A stretch of 64,000 nucleotides of DNA, from contig NC_087437.1 in the NCBI RefSeq assembly GCF_036321535.1, positions 116,934,001-116,998,000 of the forward strand, given 5' to 3'. Under the pieces are notes generated by a model. It did no database searches and was not told where the DNA came from. It was given only the letters and a program-made list of their open reading frames with translations. The translations under genes were made by a program, and so were the position numbers. Shown here one piece after another: positions 50,390 through 61,827 of the stretch (the first letter of the stretch is position 1; each line of letters opens with the position of its first letter). The stretch is from Camelus dromedarius (taxonomy: Eukaryota).

Positions 50390-50699
50390 AAACCAAGCAG
50401 GTCAAATGGTTTTCCCTCCCAGGAGGGCCCCAGGAAAGGGAATTCACAGGAATACAGTTCATGGAGAAGGGATGTGGTTTCCGATAAGAGATCCAAACAG
50501 CACAGCCAGCAGTGGCGGGCAGAGAAGGTGGTGAATTACAGCAGTCACGCGTTTAAACTGGTGATAATGACCACCGCGATTTCAGTTTGAGCAGACAGAC
50601 CTAAAGCCCCAGCTGACACGCACAGGAGGCAGAAGCAGGACTAGGCTGAATCTTTTCTAAGATCCGTGTATGATCTAGGAGCGGGGTCAAGGTCTTAAT

Positions 50700-51135
50700 T
50701 CATTTTAAACAATAACTTAATTTTTTGTAGGTTATCATTTCTAAAGTAACCACTGAAAGAATAAAAACAGACAGTATAATTTATAAACCAGTGAATGGAA
50801 GAAAGTGGAATGAGATAAGGAAGAACTCAAGATGCCAAAAAAGGCAAAAAAAAAAAAAAGACAGACAGCACAAAATAAGATGGCAGGAATAATCCAAATA
50901 CAACAATTACCTTTGGTGGAAAAGGAGTAAATGCCTCACTTAAAAGGTAAAGATGCCATTTTTTTAATATCCAATTTACAAGAGATACAGGAAGGGGGAA
51001 AAAAGTATACACTTTTTTAAGTATATATATTTACTTCATATATATATACTTTACTAAACAAAAGAGAGTGAATGTCACTAATTAATATCAGATAAAATAT
51101 AATTTTAGTCAAAGGCATTTTTAGAGAGAGACAGG
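50700..51135 (+). mobile_element. Old L1M ORF2-start remnant
   Basis: aaataagatggcaggaataatccaaatac...ggagtaaatgcctcacttaaaagg...aatatcagataaaata resembles the start of the L1 endonuclease region. Confidence 0.55.
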
Positions 51136-51656
51136 ATCACTGGTGGGACAATCTTGGGACAATGTCCCTGTCTCTGACCCGGGTGTCCACGAGAACGTGT
51201 CCGCTCTGGCTGTAGGTTTATGATCCGTACACTTTCTGCACAGAGGAAGGGTGAGCTGCTCTGGCCACTCCAGCCTCAAGTCTCACTCCCTCCCCAAGGT
51301 GGTTAGAAGAGGATTTTAACTTAAAGTCAGACTTGCACTTCGTGAAAAGGCAGACTCTGTTCTGTATCTAAGGCCTGAGGTTTTGGATCCTAGAATCTCC
51401 TCCATGTGTCCCAGAAGTGCCTCCTATTACTGCTCATCTGGCTTTGCCTAATTAACTCCAGATTTGTGTGCCAGTTGCATATGGTAATTAAGGATGTAAA
51501 CCCCCACAAAAGCACCTAAAGTCAAAAATAGGCCTTTCTAATGAAGTTGGAGTTTAAATCCCTATTTATACAAAAATCTTTTTAAAGAGATATACATACA
51601 ATAAACTTTCTAACCCATTGAATCTTCATAAGGTGACTGAAAAGGACATAATTTGT

Positions 51657-51934
51657 AGGGGAAGGGTATAGCTCAGTGGTAGAGTGCCTGCTTAGCATGC
51701 ATGAGGTCCTGGGTTCAATCCCCAGTACCTCCATTAAATAAATAAATAAATTCTTGTAATGACCTGTAACGGAAAAGAAACTGAAAATATGTGTATGTGT
51801 ACGTATAACTGAGTCACTTTGCTGTACACCTGAAAATAACATTGTAAATTGACTACACTTCAATAAAACAATAAGTAAATAAATAAACCTAATTACCCCC
51901 CCCAAATGATATCCTCTTTTAAAAAAAAAAAAAT
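51657..51934 (+). mobile_element. Camelid SINE (Vic-1-like) interrupted by an L1 3' fragment (about 51751-51875)
   Basis: tRNA-Ala(AGC)-like head with A box 51669-51679 and B box 51712-51721; SINE tail aaacctaattacccc resumes after the L1 piece; TSD acataatttgt / acgtaatttgt at 51646-51656 and 51935-51945. Confidence 0.9.
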
Positions 51935-52474
51935 ACGTAATTTGTGGATTGGACAGCTGCATTCCTTGGTTTTCTTCTCATTTCCATGAGCAGGAAAAGT
52001 GAGGTTAGAAAATTCAGAGCCTGAAAAGTCCTTGTAGGTCCTCGGCCTCAAGGCCTTGTCTGTAAGCCCCGGACGCCCAGCCCCCATGACCCATGGGCGG
52101 CTCTGCAGGTGCCCCTGGTGCAGGGGGCCTGTTCCTACCTCCACAGGAACTGCAATACTAGCGTCTTTAATTGACCCCAATATCAGCTGTGTCACAGGTG
52201 AATGAATGCCTCTAGGTACCTGCCTGGAGACACAGGAAGACAGATGCTCAGAGTTCACAACAAGGACCCTTGGGGAAAGCAGCACGGACACTTCAGAGCC
52301 CACTGATCTCAACCAACTAGGAGGGAGACCAGGGGTCTTGCAGGCGCCCTGATGGAGGAGAGAGGAGCCCAAAGAGTAAACGCAATCATCCTCTTCCTCC
52401 TCTGTGTTCTACCAGGGCCCACATTTCCAAGAAAACAGAGAGATACGGCAGAAAAAGGCCTTTGCACAGGACTG

Positions 52475-52625
52475 ACTGAGCCCGGGCTTAACCCCTGACT
52501 CTTCACTTGCTAGTTGACAATGGGCAAGTTACTTCTCTGAGCTGCAGTTTTCTCAGTCACACAGATGAGGAGACACTTAACCTTAGAGAAGTGTTATGAG
52601 CATCGCATAGATCTGGAAAGCCTGG
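52475..52625 (+). mobile_element. MIR remnant
   Basis: cactt gctagttgacaatgggcaagttacttctctgagctgcagttttctc (space added) is MIR core. Confidence 0.65.
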
Positions 52626-52899
52626 AGCTGCTGGCTCACAGCGGAAACTCAGTCAAAGGAGGCTTTTCTCCTGCTGGCTGATCACTAAGCAAGCAGGCAG
52701 ACAGCCAGTCAGCTTTCCTGAGCGTCCCAACCCCGCTTTGGGCATCTTTCCAGACTGAAGACCACTCCCTTCCAAACCCATTCCGCTTCCCGGGGTGATC
52801 ACGCGTCTGCCTACTCTCCACCCCAAAACTAACGGAACTTTCTGTAATCTTGGAAACGTTCTCTAATTCAAAGTCTAATCACCACATGGGGCCTCTGAG

Positions 52900-53317
52900 C
52901 ACATGAACTGTGACCGGAGCACCCGAGGAGCCGAACTTCTCATCCCCTTCACTTCACTGGAAAGAAGCACACGTGGCCGGCGGCTCCCACGCGACCTCCG
53001 CCGGATCCACGTGGTTCCTGGAGGCCTCGGGCGGACTGCAGCCCAGCGCCAGTCAAACCAAGCAGCCCGACCAGCGTGACGGCGGCACGGAAGCTGGATT
53101 CCACGGCTGGGGTTAGAGTTCAGACAAGTATTTATTTTCACACTTTTATAAAGCAACCCATCCTGACTGGACATCAACCCAAGCCCTAGCGGAACTCGGT
53201 TTTGATTTGTTTGGTGATTACATCTAAACCACTTGTTGTTTCTCTCATTGTTTCGTGTCTCTGTCTCTGCCTGTCTCTCTCTCTCTCTCTCCCCCTCTCC
53301 CTCCCTCCCTCCCTCCC

Positions 53318-53394
<77 letters not shown>

Positions 53395-53765
53395 TGGCTC
53401 TTTGACGTCCTAGCCTCCTCCGTCGGCTCCTCATCTGGCGGCCAAGCTGCCAGCACGGGAGCAGGAGTTCCGAAAGCTGAAACTGTGCTCCATGTCAAAG
53501 GCTCGGGCAGAGGCCCTGCCTCCTTCTCCAACCCCAGAGCCTGCTCTGCGAGCCCAGACCAGCCTGGGGCATGATGTGCTTCCCCGGGAACTAGAGTATG
53601 ACAAGATTTCATCTGCTTTAAAAGAAACGGGTTATCAGCCCCGAAGCGAACGCCCCACCGCGAGGCGTCTGCGCCCCCGCAGCTCTTGCTGCGAACTGAG
53701 CGTGCGCCGGCGCCGGCGCGGCCCTAGGCGGCGGTGCCCCGGGCGGGTGGGCGGCCAGGTCTGCA
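52900..53765. promoter_or_regulatory. Small CpG-rich island, bipartite around a microsatellite
   Basis: Dense CpGs at about 52915-53110 and 53640-53760 (e.g. gcgtgcgccggcgccggcgcggcc), with GC boxes gggcgg. Confidence 0.5.
53258..53391. repeat. Compound (CT)n/(CCCT)n - (CA)n microsatellite
   Basis: Read directly; about 26 CA units follow a polypyrimidine tract. Confidence 0.97.
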
Positions 53766-53863
53766 TCTTCGGGAACCTTAATGGGGGTGGGTAGCAACAA
53801 ACAAGTAAGCAAATAATAAATGCGAGGCAGTGTGACTGGAGTTATGAAAAATAAAGAGGGGCA

Positions 53864-54231
53864 GTGTAGTAGGCACGTCACAGGCTGGGCGGCTGAAACT
53901 ACAGACGTCCGTCCTCTCGCGGACCTGCAGGCTGGGAGCTCAAGATCAAGGTGTCAGCAGGGTCGGCGTCTCCTGAGACCTCCTGGCTCGTGGATGGCCA
54001 CCTCCGTGCTGTGTCCTCACGTGGTCATCTCTGTCCAACCGTGTCCTGAACTCTTCTCTTAACAACGCCTGTGGAGTTGGATTAGGGCTCATCCATATGA
54101 TCTGATTGTAACCTAACCGTCTCTTTATGGACCCGTGTCTCCAGATACAGCTACAGTCTGAGGTAGTGGGGGTCAGGACTTCTGCTTATGAATGTGGCAG
54201 GGGTTGGAGGGACAGAATTTCAGCCCATAGC
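53864..54231 (-). mobile_element. MaLR LTR (MLT1A/B-like)
   Basis: caagatcaaggtgtcagcagggtcgg...gctgtgtcctcacgtggtc...ggattagggctcatccatatga...tctgaggtagtgggggtcaggactt. Confidence 0.85.
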
Positions 54232-54605
54232 GGGGTTATTTTTGACAGTATGGAAGGGGAAGAGGGGGTCCGTTTGCTTTGGACCTGGGGACAGAGGAGG
54301 TCAGGCTGACTTGTGAACTTAACCGCTTGGTAGTAACTTATGAACAGGGCTGTAGAAGCAGTAAGGCAAGCCAGCACTCGCCTGCTCCCGCGATCATCCT
54401 AGTCCCTGAAGCCAATTCGCTACATCATCCCTGTGCCTCGAGGGAGAGGATGCATCACTGCTTGGGGCTGTGGCTGCCAGACGCTGTCTGCTGCAGAAAG
54501 GGCTGGAGGGAGGACACCGCGCAAAGGGCTCCGTACCGAAGTGCTCTGGATTGAGGTCCTGGAAACCATCCTGCTTCTTCGTAGCTTAAAGCCTAAAGAA
54601 AAGAG

Positions 54606-54885
54606 GTGTCGATTTCTGGTGTACAGCATAATGCTTCAGTCATACCTGAACACACGTATATTCGTTTTCATATTCTTTTTCACCATAAGTTACTACAAGG
54701 TATTGAATATAGTTTCCTGCGCTATACATTATGAACTTGCTGTTTACCTATTTTTACTATTTTACTTTTTTACTATTTTTTATCTATTTTTATCTCAATA
54801 AAAATTATATATAGGAAAGAAGAGAAAGGAAGGAAGAAAGGAAGGAAGGAAGGAAGGGAGAAAGAATGAAAGAATGAAAGAATGA

Positions 54886-54952
<67 letters not shown>

Positions 54953-55001
54953 GAAGGAAGGAAGGAAGGAAGGAAGGAAGGAAGGAAGGAAGAAAGAATG
55001 G
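54606..55001. mobile_element. Camelid L1 3' fragment with probable 5' inversion and (GAAA/GGAA)n tail
   Basis: Antisense L1 3'UTR at 54606 to about 54755, then sense terminus ctcaataaaaa near 54794 followed by a purine microsatellite. Confidence 0.75.
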
Positions 55002-55010
55002 AAGGAAAGG
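54814..55010 (+). repeat. (GAAA)n/(GGAA)n polypurine microsatellite
   Basis: Read directly. Confidence 0.97.
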
Positions 55011-55634
55011 AGCAAGCCCCAAGCAGTGCCCCCTTTGGTTAAGTTTGCCTAGAAAATGTTTGCACTTTGGCACCCTTCACTAACAGCCGAGTAAAGAGAA
55101 CTTCTAGGGCACTAGAGAAAGCCCCCGAATGTTGCTGTAAGGATCACGTGAGCACCAAAGGGCGCTCAGAGAGAGGGTCCCCGGGGCACCAGAATCTGGC
55201 GCTGTGCTGACATCACAGGGCGGAGGCCGACGGTGCCCACAGGGTCCCCTCAAGCACCAGGACAAAGCCCAGAGGGAACCCCCACCCCACAACCAAGAGC
55301 AAGGGGAGAGTCTCACCAGTTGGTTTTCCCATTTGGGGAAGAGGTATGTGTTCATTTTGCTGGTTGGAGAGGACGCCAAGGAATCAGAGTGGGGTTTCCT
55401 CAGCCCTGTGGGCACCTGAAGCCGAAATCTCACCCTCACATCCCTGCCGTGGGGTGTGGCAGGGACCACAGAACTGTTCAGAATCACCACCTGCTGTGGC
55501 AACCACAGCTCCCGTTTCCTTTTCCTCCTGGGCAGAGAGTGGCCCCTGGTTCCTCCTCCTTTGCATGTGGGGGAGACAGCCATCCATGTCCAGTGAGTGG
55601 AGGGAGGGTGGGATTGATGGCACCAGGCCTGGGC

Positions 55635-56000
55635 CGTGGCAGTAGACTGCAGACCGGCTTCCACCGCCCTGGGGTAATCTCCCATGGCTCTTGGTTTGGC
55701 CATGTGATTTGCTTTGGCCCCAAGGGACAACAGTAAGTATGTCAGAAGTAGATATTTGAAGAAATGCTTGCTCTCCCTTGTCACTGGGCACCATTCTCCA
55801 CCACGTGAACAAGCTGGGGCAAGCCTTCTGGAGAACAGGGAGAGAGGTCCAGCCAAGCCCATCCCAGACCCTCCAGCCCCAGCCAAGCTGGCCCAGACCA
55901 GGACAGCCACCCAGCAAGTGCATAAAACCATGAGAAACAATCAATGTTTATCGTTTTTAACCACTAAGTTCAGGATGGTTAGCGGAGTAACAAAATCTAA
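55635..56000 (+). mobile_element. MaLR LTR (MLT1G/H-like)
   Basis: ttggccatgtgatttgctttggcc...ccacgtgaacaagctgggg...catgagaaacaatcaatgtttatcgtttttaaccactaagtt. Confidence 0.7.
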
Positions 56001-56342
56001 TTTGGATGACTGGATGAAGAAGTTGTGGTTATTTATACAATGGAATACTACTCAGCCATAAAAAAGGATAAAATAATGCCATTTGCAGCAACATGGATGA
56101 ACCTGGAGATCATTAGTCTAAGTGAAGTAAGCCAGAAAGAGAAAGAAAAATACCATAAAATCACTCATAGGTGGACTCCATTAAAAAAAAGAAAAGACAC
56201 AAATGAACTTACTTACAAAACAGAAACTGACTCACAGACATAGAAGACAAACTTATAGTTACCAGAGGAGAAAGCGGGTAGGAAGGGATAAATTGGGAGT
56301 TCAAGATTTGCAGATACTAACCACTATATATAAAATAAACAA
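56001..56342 (+). mobile_element. Camelid/artiodactyl L1 fragment (ORF2 end and part of 3'UTR)
   Basis: Translation IYTMEYYSAIKKDKIMPFAATWMNLEIISLSEVSQKEK is the L1 ORF2 terminus. Confidence 0.92.
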
Positions 56343-56344
56343 TT

Positions 56345-57496
56345 TCATTGTTTAATACATTTCCTAATTTCCCTTGTGATCCCTTCTTTGACTCATAAGT
56401 TATTTAGTAATGTGTTGTTTAGTTTCCCCATATATTATGATTTCTCAGATTTTGTCTGTTGTAGATTTCTAAATTATTTCCATTGTCATTAAAGAGCATG
56501 CTACATAAGACAGTCATTTTTTAAATATATATTGACACTTGCTTTAATATCCAGCATATAGTTCACTTTTTTAAACATTCCATGTACATTTGAAAACAAA
56601 ATACTCTGCCGTTGTTGGGTGAAGTTAGGTCAAGTTGTTTAATAGAGCTCCTCAAATTTTCTGTTCTTACTGATTCTATGCTTACTTGTCCTATCAATTA
56701 CTAAGAGTATTGAAATCTTCAACTGTAATTATTGGTGTTTCTATTTCTTCTTTCAATTCTGTCAGTTTTTTCTTTATATATTTTGGAGCTCTCTTTTAGA
56801 TACAAATAAATTAATAATGTATTGTTTCTGCTGTATTGACACTTATCATTATGAAATATTCCTCATCTCTAGCAATATTCATTGTCTTAAAGCCTATTTT
56901 GTCTCACATTAATAAAAATCACTCATCTCCCTTCTAATCATTGTTATATGTTTGCATCATACATATTTTTTATCCTTTACTTTAACCTCTTTATGGTTTT
57001 GAGCATAAAGTGATCTCTTATAGACAACATACCTCCTTTTGTTCCTGTCTGACAATTTCTGTCTTTTGAGTGGAATTTTTAGTTCATCTTCATTGTTATG
57101 TCTGCCTTTTGCTATTTTTCCTTTTTGTCTTATCTTTCTCTCACTCTTTTGAATTTCTGTTACTCTCGTACTTATGTTAAACAAATGTTTTAGTATTCCA
57201 CTTTAATCCTTGTATTGACTTTTTAGCTATAGTTCTTTGCATTATTTTATGCTTTGCCTAAGTATTACAATATATATCTTTTATTTATCACAATCTATTT
57301 CAAGTTAATACTGACTTACTTCAAACAAAATACAGAAACTTTGTATTTGTATAACTCCATTCCCCTTTCTGCTATTTTTTGTGCTATTGGGATCAGATAT
57401 ATATAATCTTTATATGTTAAAGTCCAATAGTATGCTACTATAATTTTTGCTTTAGATACTCATGTCTTTTTTTAAGTGAGAGAAAAAGAAAAATTT

Positions 57497-57549
<53 letters not shown>

Positions 57550-59130
57550 TCCACATTTCCATTTTGGGTCTTCTTCAGTCCTTCCTGTATCTAAGTTACT
57601 AAGTTACCATCTGTTGTCATTTTTCTCTAGCAGTTCTAGCACAGGTCTACTAGCAACAAAATTTTTCAGTTTTATTTTCTCTCTTTTTCAATCTAGAAAT
57701 GGCTTTATTTTTTGTCTTCAGGTTTGAAAGATGGTTTTATTGCTTATAGCTTTTTATTTTCTTTTAGCATTTTGAAGATGTCATTAAATGGAGTAAGAAA
57801 TCAATCAAAAGAATGGCAAGCCACTGTTCTTTCACAGAAAATGCAGTAAATTCACAAAGTATCTTAGGCTTTCAATGTCTTTTGGCTTCTATTATTTCTA
57901 TGAAAAATCAACAATAAATCATATCATTGTTCCCTGTGTATAATGCAACATTTTTCTTTTGTTCCCTTAAAAACGGTTACTTTACCTCTGACTTTTGGCA
58001 GTTTGATCTTGAGTTGTTTTTCTTTTTGTTCTTTGGATTAAATCATTTCTATCATTCTATAAAATTCAATTATTCTTTCTTCTCACATCTCAAAGAGAGT
58101 CATGCCATGAGCTTTTCATTTCTGTTAAGTGTACTTTTCAGCTCTAGAATTTCCATTTGCTTCTTTTTCCATTTCTCTGTTGAGATTCTTTATTGGTTTG
58201 TTCATTATTAGCATATTTTCCTTGATTTCTTTGAGTATATTTTAAATAACTGCTTTGAAGACTGTCTGCTAGATGTAATGCCTGAGCTCACTCAGAGTCA
58301 GTTTCTGTTGACTGATTTCCCTTCCCCCTTCTCTCCAAGTGTGCAGAATACTTTTTCTTTGCATGCCTGGTAATTCTTTAAAACCAGACATTCTGGATTC
58401 TGTTTTGCTCTCCTGAGGGTTCTTGCTTTTACTAGACAAGTAACTTACATGGATTCAACCTTCAAATCTATCTCACTTTCAACTGTCACTGATAGCTCTG
58501 CTTTTTTTTTTTTTTTGAAGAGGGGTGGTCTAGTTCGTAGGAGTTTCCCCTTCAGCTGCATAGTTTTGTAGTCAGACAATGACTTAGGCAGAGATTATGC
58601 TCAGACACTCCAAGCCAGTAAGTCTCCAGCCCTAAAATGGGTGCCTAAATTGTGTGTGGATTGAGGGATGTTCTCAAAAGTGCAGTAAATTCACACACCT
58701 CCCAGGCTTTTGATTTCTGCTGGACCTCCTGTGGCTCCTGTGCGCCTGCATGGCTTAGAAGTCAGTGAGGGATGCGTGGCGAGGGCATCATACGTGCACT
58801 TCTTCGGCTCTCTCACTTCCCAGATCTCACTCTTGAATTTCTAGCTGCTCTTTCAGCTCCCTGAATCAAATCTGCCACACATCCGGCTGGTCGAGTTACA
58901 GGTTTTCACCACCCAGACCGGGTGAGGTGAGAATGCCTCGAGGCAAGGAGGCCAGGGACTCGCGGTGCTTACCCAGTGCTGTAGCAGTTTTCATGAGTAA
59001 ATTCTTCTCAAGTTGTCGTCTATCTTTGGTCACTTTCCAGTGACCTGAAATGACTGTCTCGAATAATTCTGTTCTTATGTTCTGCAGAGGGAAGTCACTG
59101 GACTTCCTCTCACCGCCGTTACCAGACGGA
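56345..59130 (-). mobile_element. Old L1M relic (5' region, ORF1 and ORF2 endonuclease start)
   Basis: Antisense translation LKIPLKRQKLSDRNK...KEVKVKDKK resembles the L1 EN N-terminus; long T-rich L1 antisense composition. Confidence 0.75.
57500..57546. repeat. (TA)23 microsatellite
   Basis: Read directly. Confidence 0.97.
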
Positions 59131-59779
59131 GTCCCTAGAGTTTTATCTTAAATGGAACAGGAAGCCACTGGAAGGACGCAAGCTACAAAGCGGTATGAAT
59201 CAGCTCTGTATTCTCAAGTGCTCACTCTGTAGGCTGCGTGGGGGATCAGTGGGCGGGCAAGACTTCCAGGGAGGCTGTGTTTAGGGGAAGGTCCCAAGAA
59301 ACACAACACGTTTAGCTAAAACAATGAAAGTGATTTGTTGTCAAATAACTAAAAAGTCCAGAGGTAGGACAATGCAGCTGGGGCCAGACATTCATGATGT
59401 CACCAGAACTCCAGTTCTGTTTCTCTGGAATGTCTGTGGGTCTGTCTCAAGCCCGCAAGGTAGTGAGGTGTGTCAGGAGCCTCCAGGCTCATGTACCCTC
59501 ATTTATATCCAAGAAGAGGGATCCTCTCTTTTCTCAGTCACTGAGGAAGAGCCCCGGGCTTTGCTCTGGCTGGGCCAATGTGGTCACTCCTGAACTAATC
59601 CCCATGGCCCAAAGAATTCAATGTGCAGATTGGCTCTGACAGATCAGGATCAATTCCACCCAAACCACATAGCTGGGAATTTCTGGGTCCTGTCAGAAAG
59701 GGCGGAGGGCTACGTGGAGGCTGAGGAGGCTGCAGGGTCCAAGGGTGGAGTAGCCCTGATTCCAGTCTTCATTACCAGA

Positions 59780-60172
59780 TGTGTCAGTCCGCTCGGGTGG
59801 CCATAACAGAATACCACAGACTGGGGAGGGCAAACAATAGGAAAAATTATTTTCTCACACTTCTCTAGTCAGGAAGTCCAAGGTCAAGGCGTCAGCAGGG
59901 CGAGTTCCTGGTGAGACCTCTCTCCTTGGCTTGTAGACAGCCAGCTTCTCCCTGTATCCTTACATGGCCTTTCTCTGTGTACACGCCTAGAGAAAGCTCT
60001 GGTGTCAGGACACCACTCTTACTGGATTAGGACCCACCCTTATGACCTCATCTAACATTAATTATCCTTAGAAGCCCAATCTCTAAATAATCCAATCTTC
60101 ACACTGGGGATTCGGGGTTTAATGTATAAACTGGGGCGGGGGGTGGGGAGTACGAAATTCAGTCCAGTAACA
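59780..60172 (-). mobile_element. MaLR LTR (MLT1A0-like)
   Basis: gccataacagaataccacagactggg...gaagtccaaggtcaaggcgtcagcaggg...ggattaggacccacccttatgacctcatctaac. Confidence 0.88.
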
Positions 60173-60782
60173 TCAGACATGGAGCAAGGCTTTGGACCAC
60201 CACTGCTCTCCTCCGTTCTGGCCAGCATCGCTGCGAAATCCGCAGTGAGACTGAACTCCAGCCCAGAGGCTTTGCGGTGGACTCCCAGGCCAGCCCAGCA
60301 GGGGAAGGAGGAAGGGGGAGCCACAAAACCCAGCCATTCTATTAAATATTCCACTCAGTTAAGACTGAAGACTTGGGAAAAGAGCTCTCGCTGGTAATGA
60401 AGGGATTAAGGTAGTGGTTGTCGGCTGTGACGCAGATGCAGTGGCTGCATCCCAAGAGTTGTACTTTCAAGCTCCAAACCATCCATAAGTCAGGGGGAAA
60501 AGTGGTAATTGAAAATGAAAAATAAAACCATATCTTTAAAAAATAACTCAGTTTTTAACCCAGGGAAGAAGTTATAAATGTAATTGGATTTACTCTCCTG
60601 CAGTGTGTTGCTGGCGGGGTAGCCCAAGGACTGCTCTCCACACCGTGGAAGCACACATCCTCAGCAGCCTCCCATCTCCCTCTCTGCACCTTTTTCCCAT
60701 TTCCCCTCAAGTGCTGAGTGCAGAGATAGTTCTCTGTAACTCCTCACGCTGGCTGCCCTGCAGGGCAATGGTTCTCCCTCCT

Positions 60783-61153
60783 TACGATGCACAGAATGTG
60801 TGTGTCCCCACCAGATTCACATGTTGAAGCCCTAACCCGCAACGTGATGGTGTTTGAAGATGGAGCTTTTGAGAGATCATTAGGTCACAAGGGAGGTGCC
60901 CTCATGATGGGATTAGTGCATTTATAAGAAGAGACAAGAGAACTTTCATTCCCCCTCTCCATCTCCTTCTCTTCATCTCTCTCTCTCTCTCTCTCATATG
61001 AGTATTCAAGGAGAATTCAGAAGAAGAGTCACCAGGAACCGAGTCAGCCAGCATCTTGATTTTGGACTTCCCAGCCTTCGGAACTTGAAGAAATAAATGT
61101 CTGTTTTTAAACCACCCAGTCTGTGGTAATTCGTTGTGCAGCTGAGCTAAGAC
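60783..61153 (+). mobile_element. MaLR LTR (MLT1A-like)
   Basis: aatgtgtgtgtccccaccagattcacatgttgaagccctaacc...gccctcatgatgggattagtg...ttggacttcccagcct...gagctaagaca. Confidence 0.9.
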
Positions 61154-61369
61154 ATCTCTCAACATTCTCCTCCCACCCCACACAGCCGCCAGTCCTCAGG
61201 GGACAGACCTGTCACCCTGACAGGTGCCCACCTAACAAGAGCCTCCTCGGCTGGAGCCCTCTCAGCCAAGCAGCGGCCGCTGTCAGCACTCACGTACAGC
61301 CCCACAGACACCGGGACGGTGAGCGCGGGGCCGCTCCCCGCGGGAGACGTGAGCATACGCGTACCGTAC

Positions 61370-61580
61370 CGCATCCTGTCCCCCACAGACCGCATCCTTA
61401 ATCCTAAGAACAACGCATCCGGGCAGCTTCCATTTTCTTTATTTTACAAAAGAGAAAACAGGCGAGGTTCAGAAGCATTAACTGACTTGCCTGAGGCCAT
61501 CCCACTAACAGGTTCCAGAGTTGGGGTTTGATGCTCACCAGCTGGCCCCAGAGCCGGAGCCTCTCGCTCTACACATCACT
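61370..61580 (-). mobile_element. MIR remnant
   Basis: ttaatcctaagaacaac...attttacaaaagagaaaacagg...taactgacttgcctgaggcca. Confidence 0.55.
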
Positions 61581-61609
61581 GTCCACTCCTGCCTCCATCC
61601 TCTGGTCAT

Positions 61610-61827
61610 CTCTCCGTGGGGCGGAGACAAGAAGGCAGAGCATCGCCTGGTTCAACCTCAGCTGGAATCATGGACATGAGGCAACTCAAATTTTTTGCTA
61701 TTCTGCTCACGGCCACACGAAGGACCAAAAAAGGATTGGGAGTACTGATTTGGGGCTTACGAATAAACTTTAGTGAATAGGTGAATTCGCACATATGGAA
61801 TCCGCCAATAGTGAGGACTGCCTGTAC
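61610..61827 (-). mobile_element. MER82-like TcMar-Tigger fragment
   Basis: acaagaaggcagagcatcgcctggttcaacctcagctgg...taggtgaattcgcacatatggaatccgccaatagtgaggactgcctgta. Confidence 0.8.

Noticed and set aside
51662..51733. Apparent tRNA-Ala(AGC) gene
   Set aside because: It has a SINE tail, poly-A and TSD, stem mismatches, and three diverged paralogues in the window, so it is a SINE head
52875..53612. 245-aa ORF
   Set aside because: Reads through the (GT)n/(GA)n microsatellite (CVCVCV, RERERE)
55104..55944. 278-aa and 186-aa ORFs
   Set aside because: Overlap MaLR LTR sequence; no protein family resemblance
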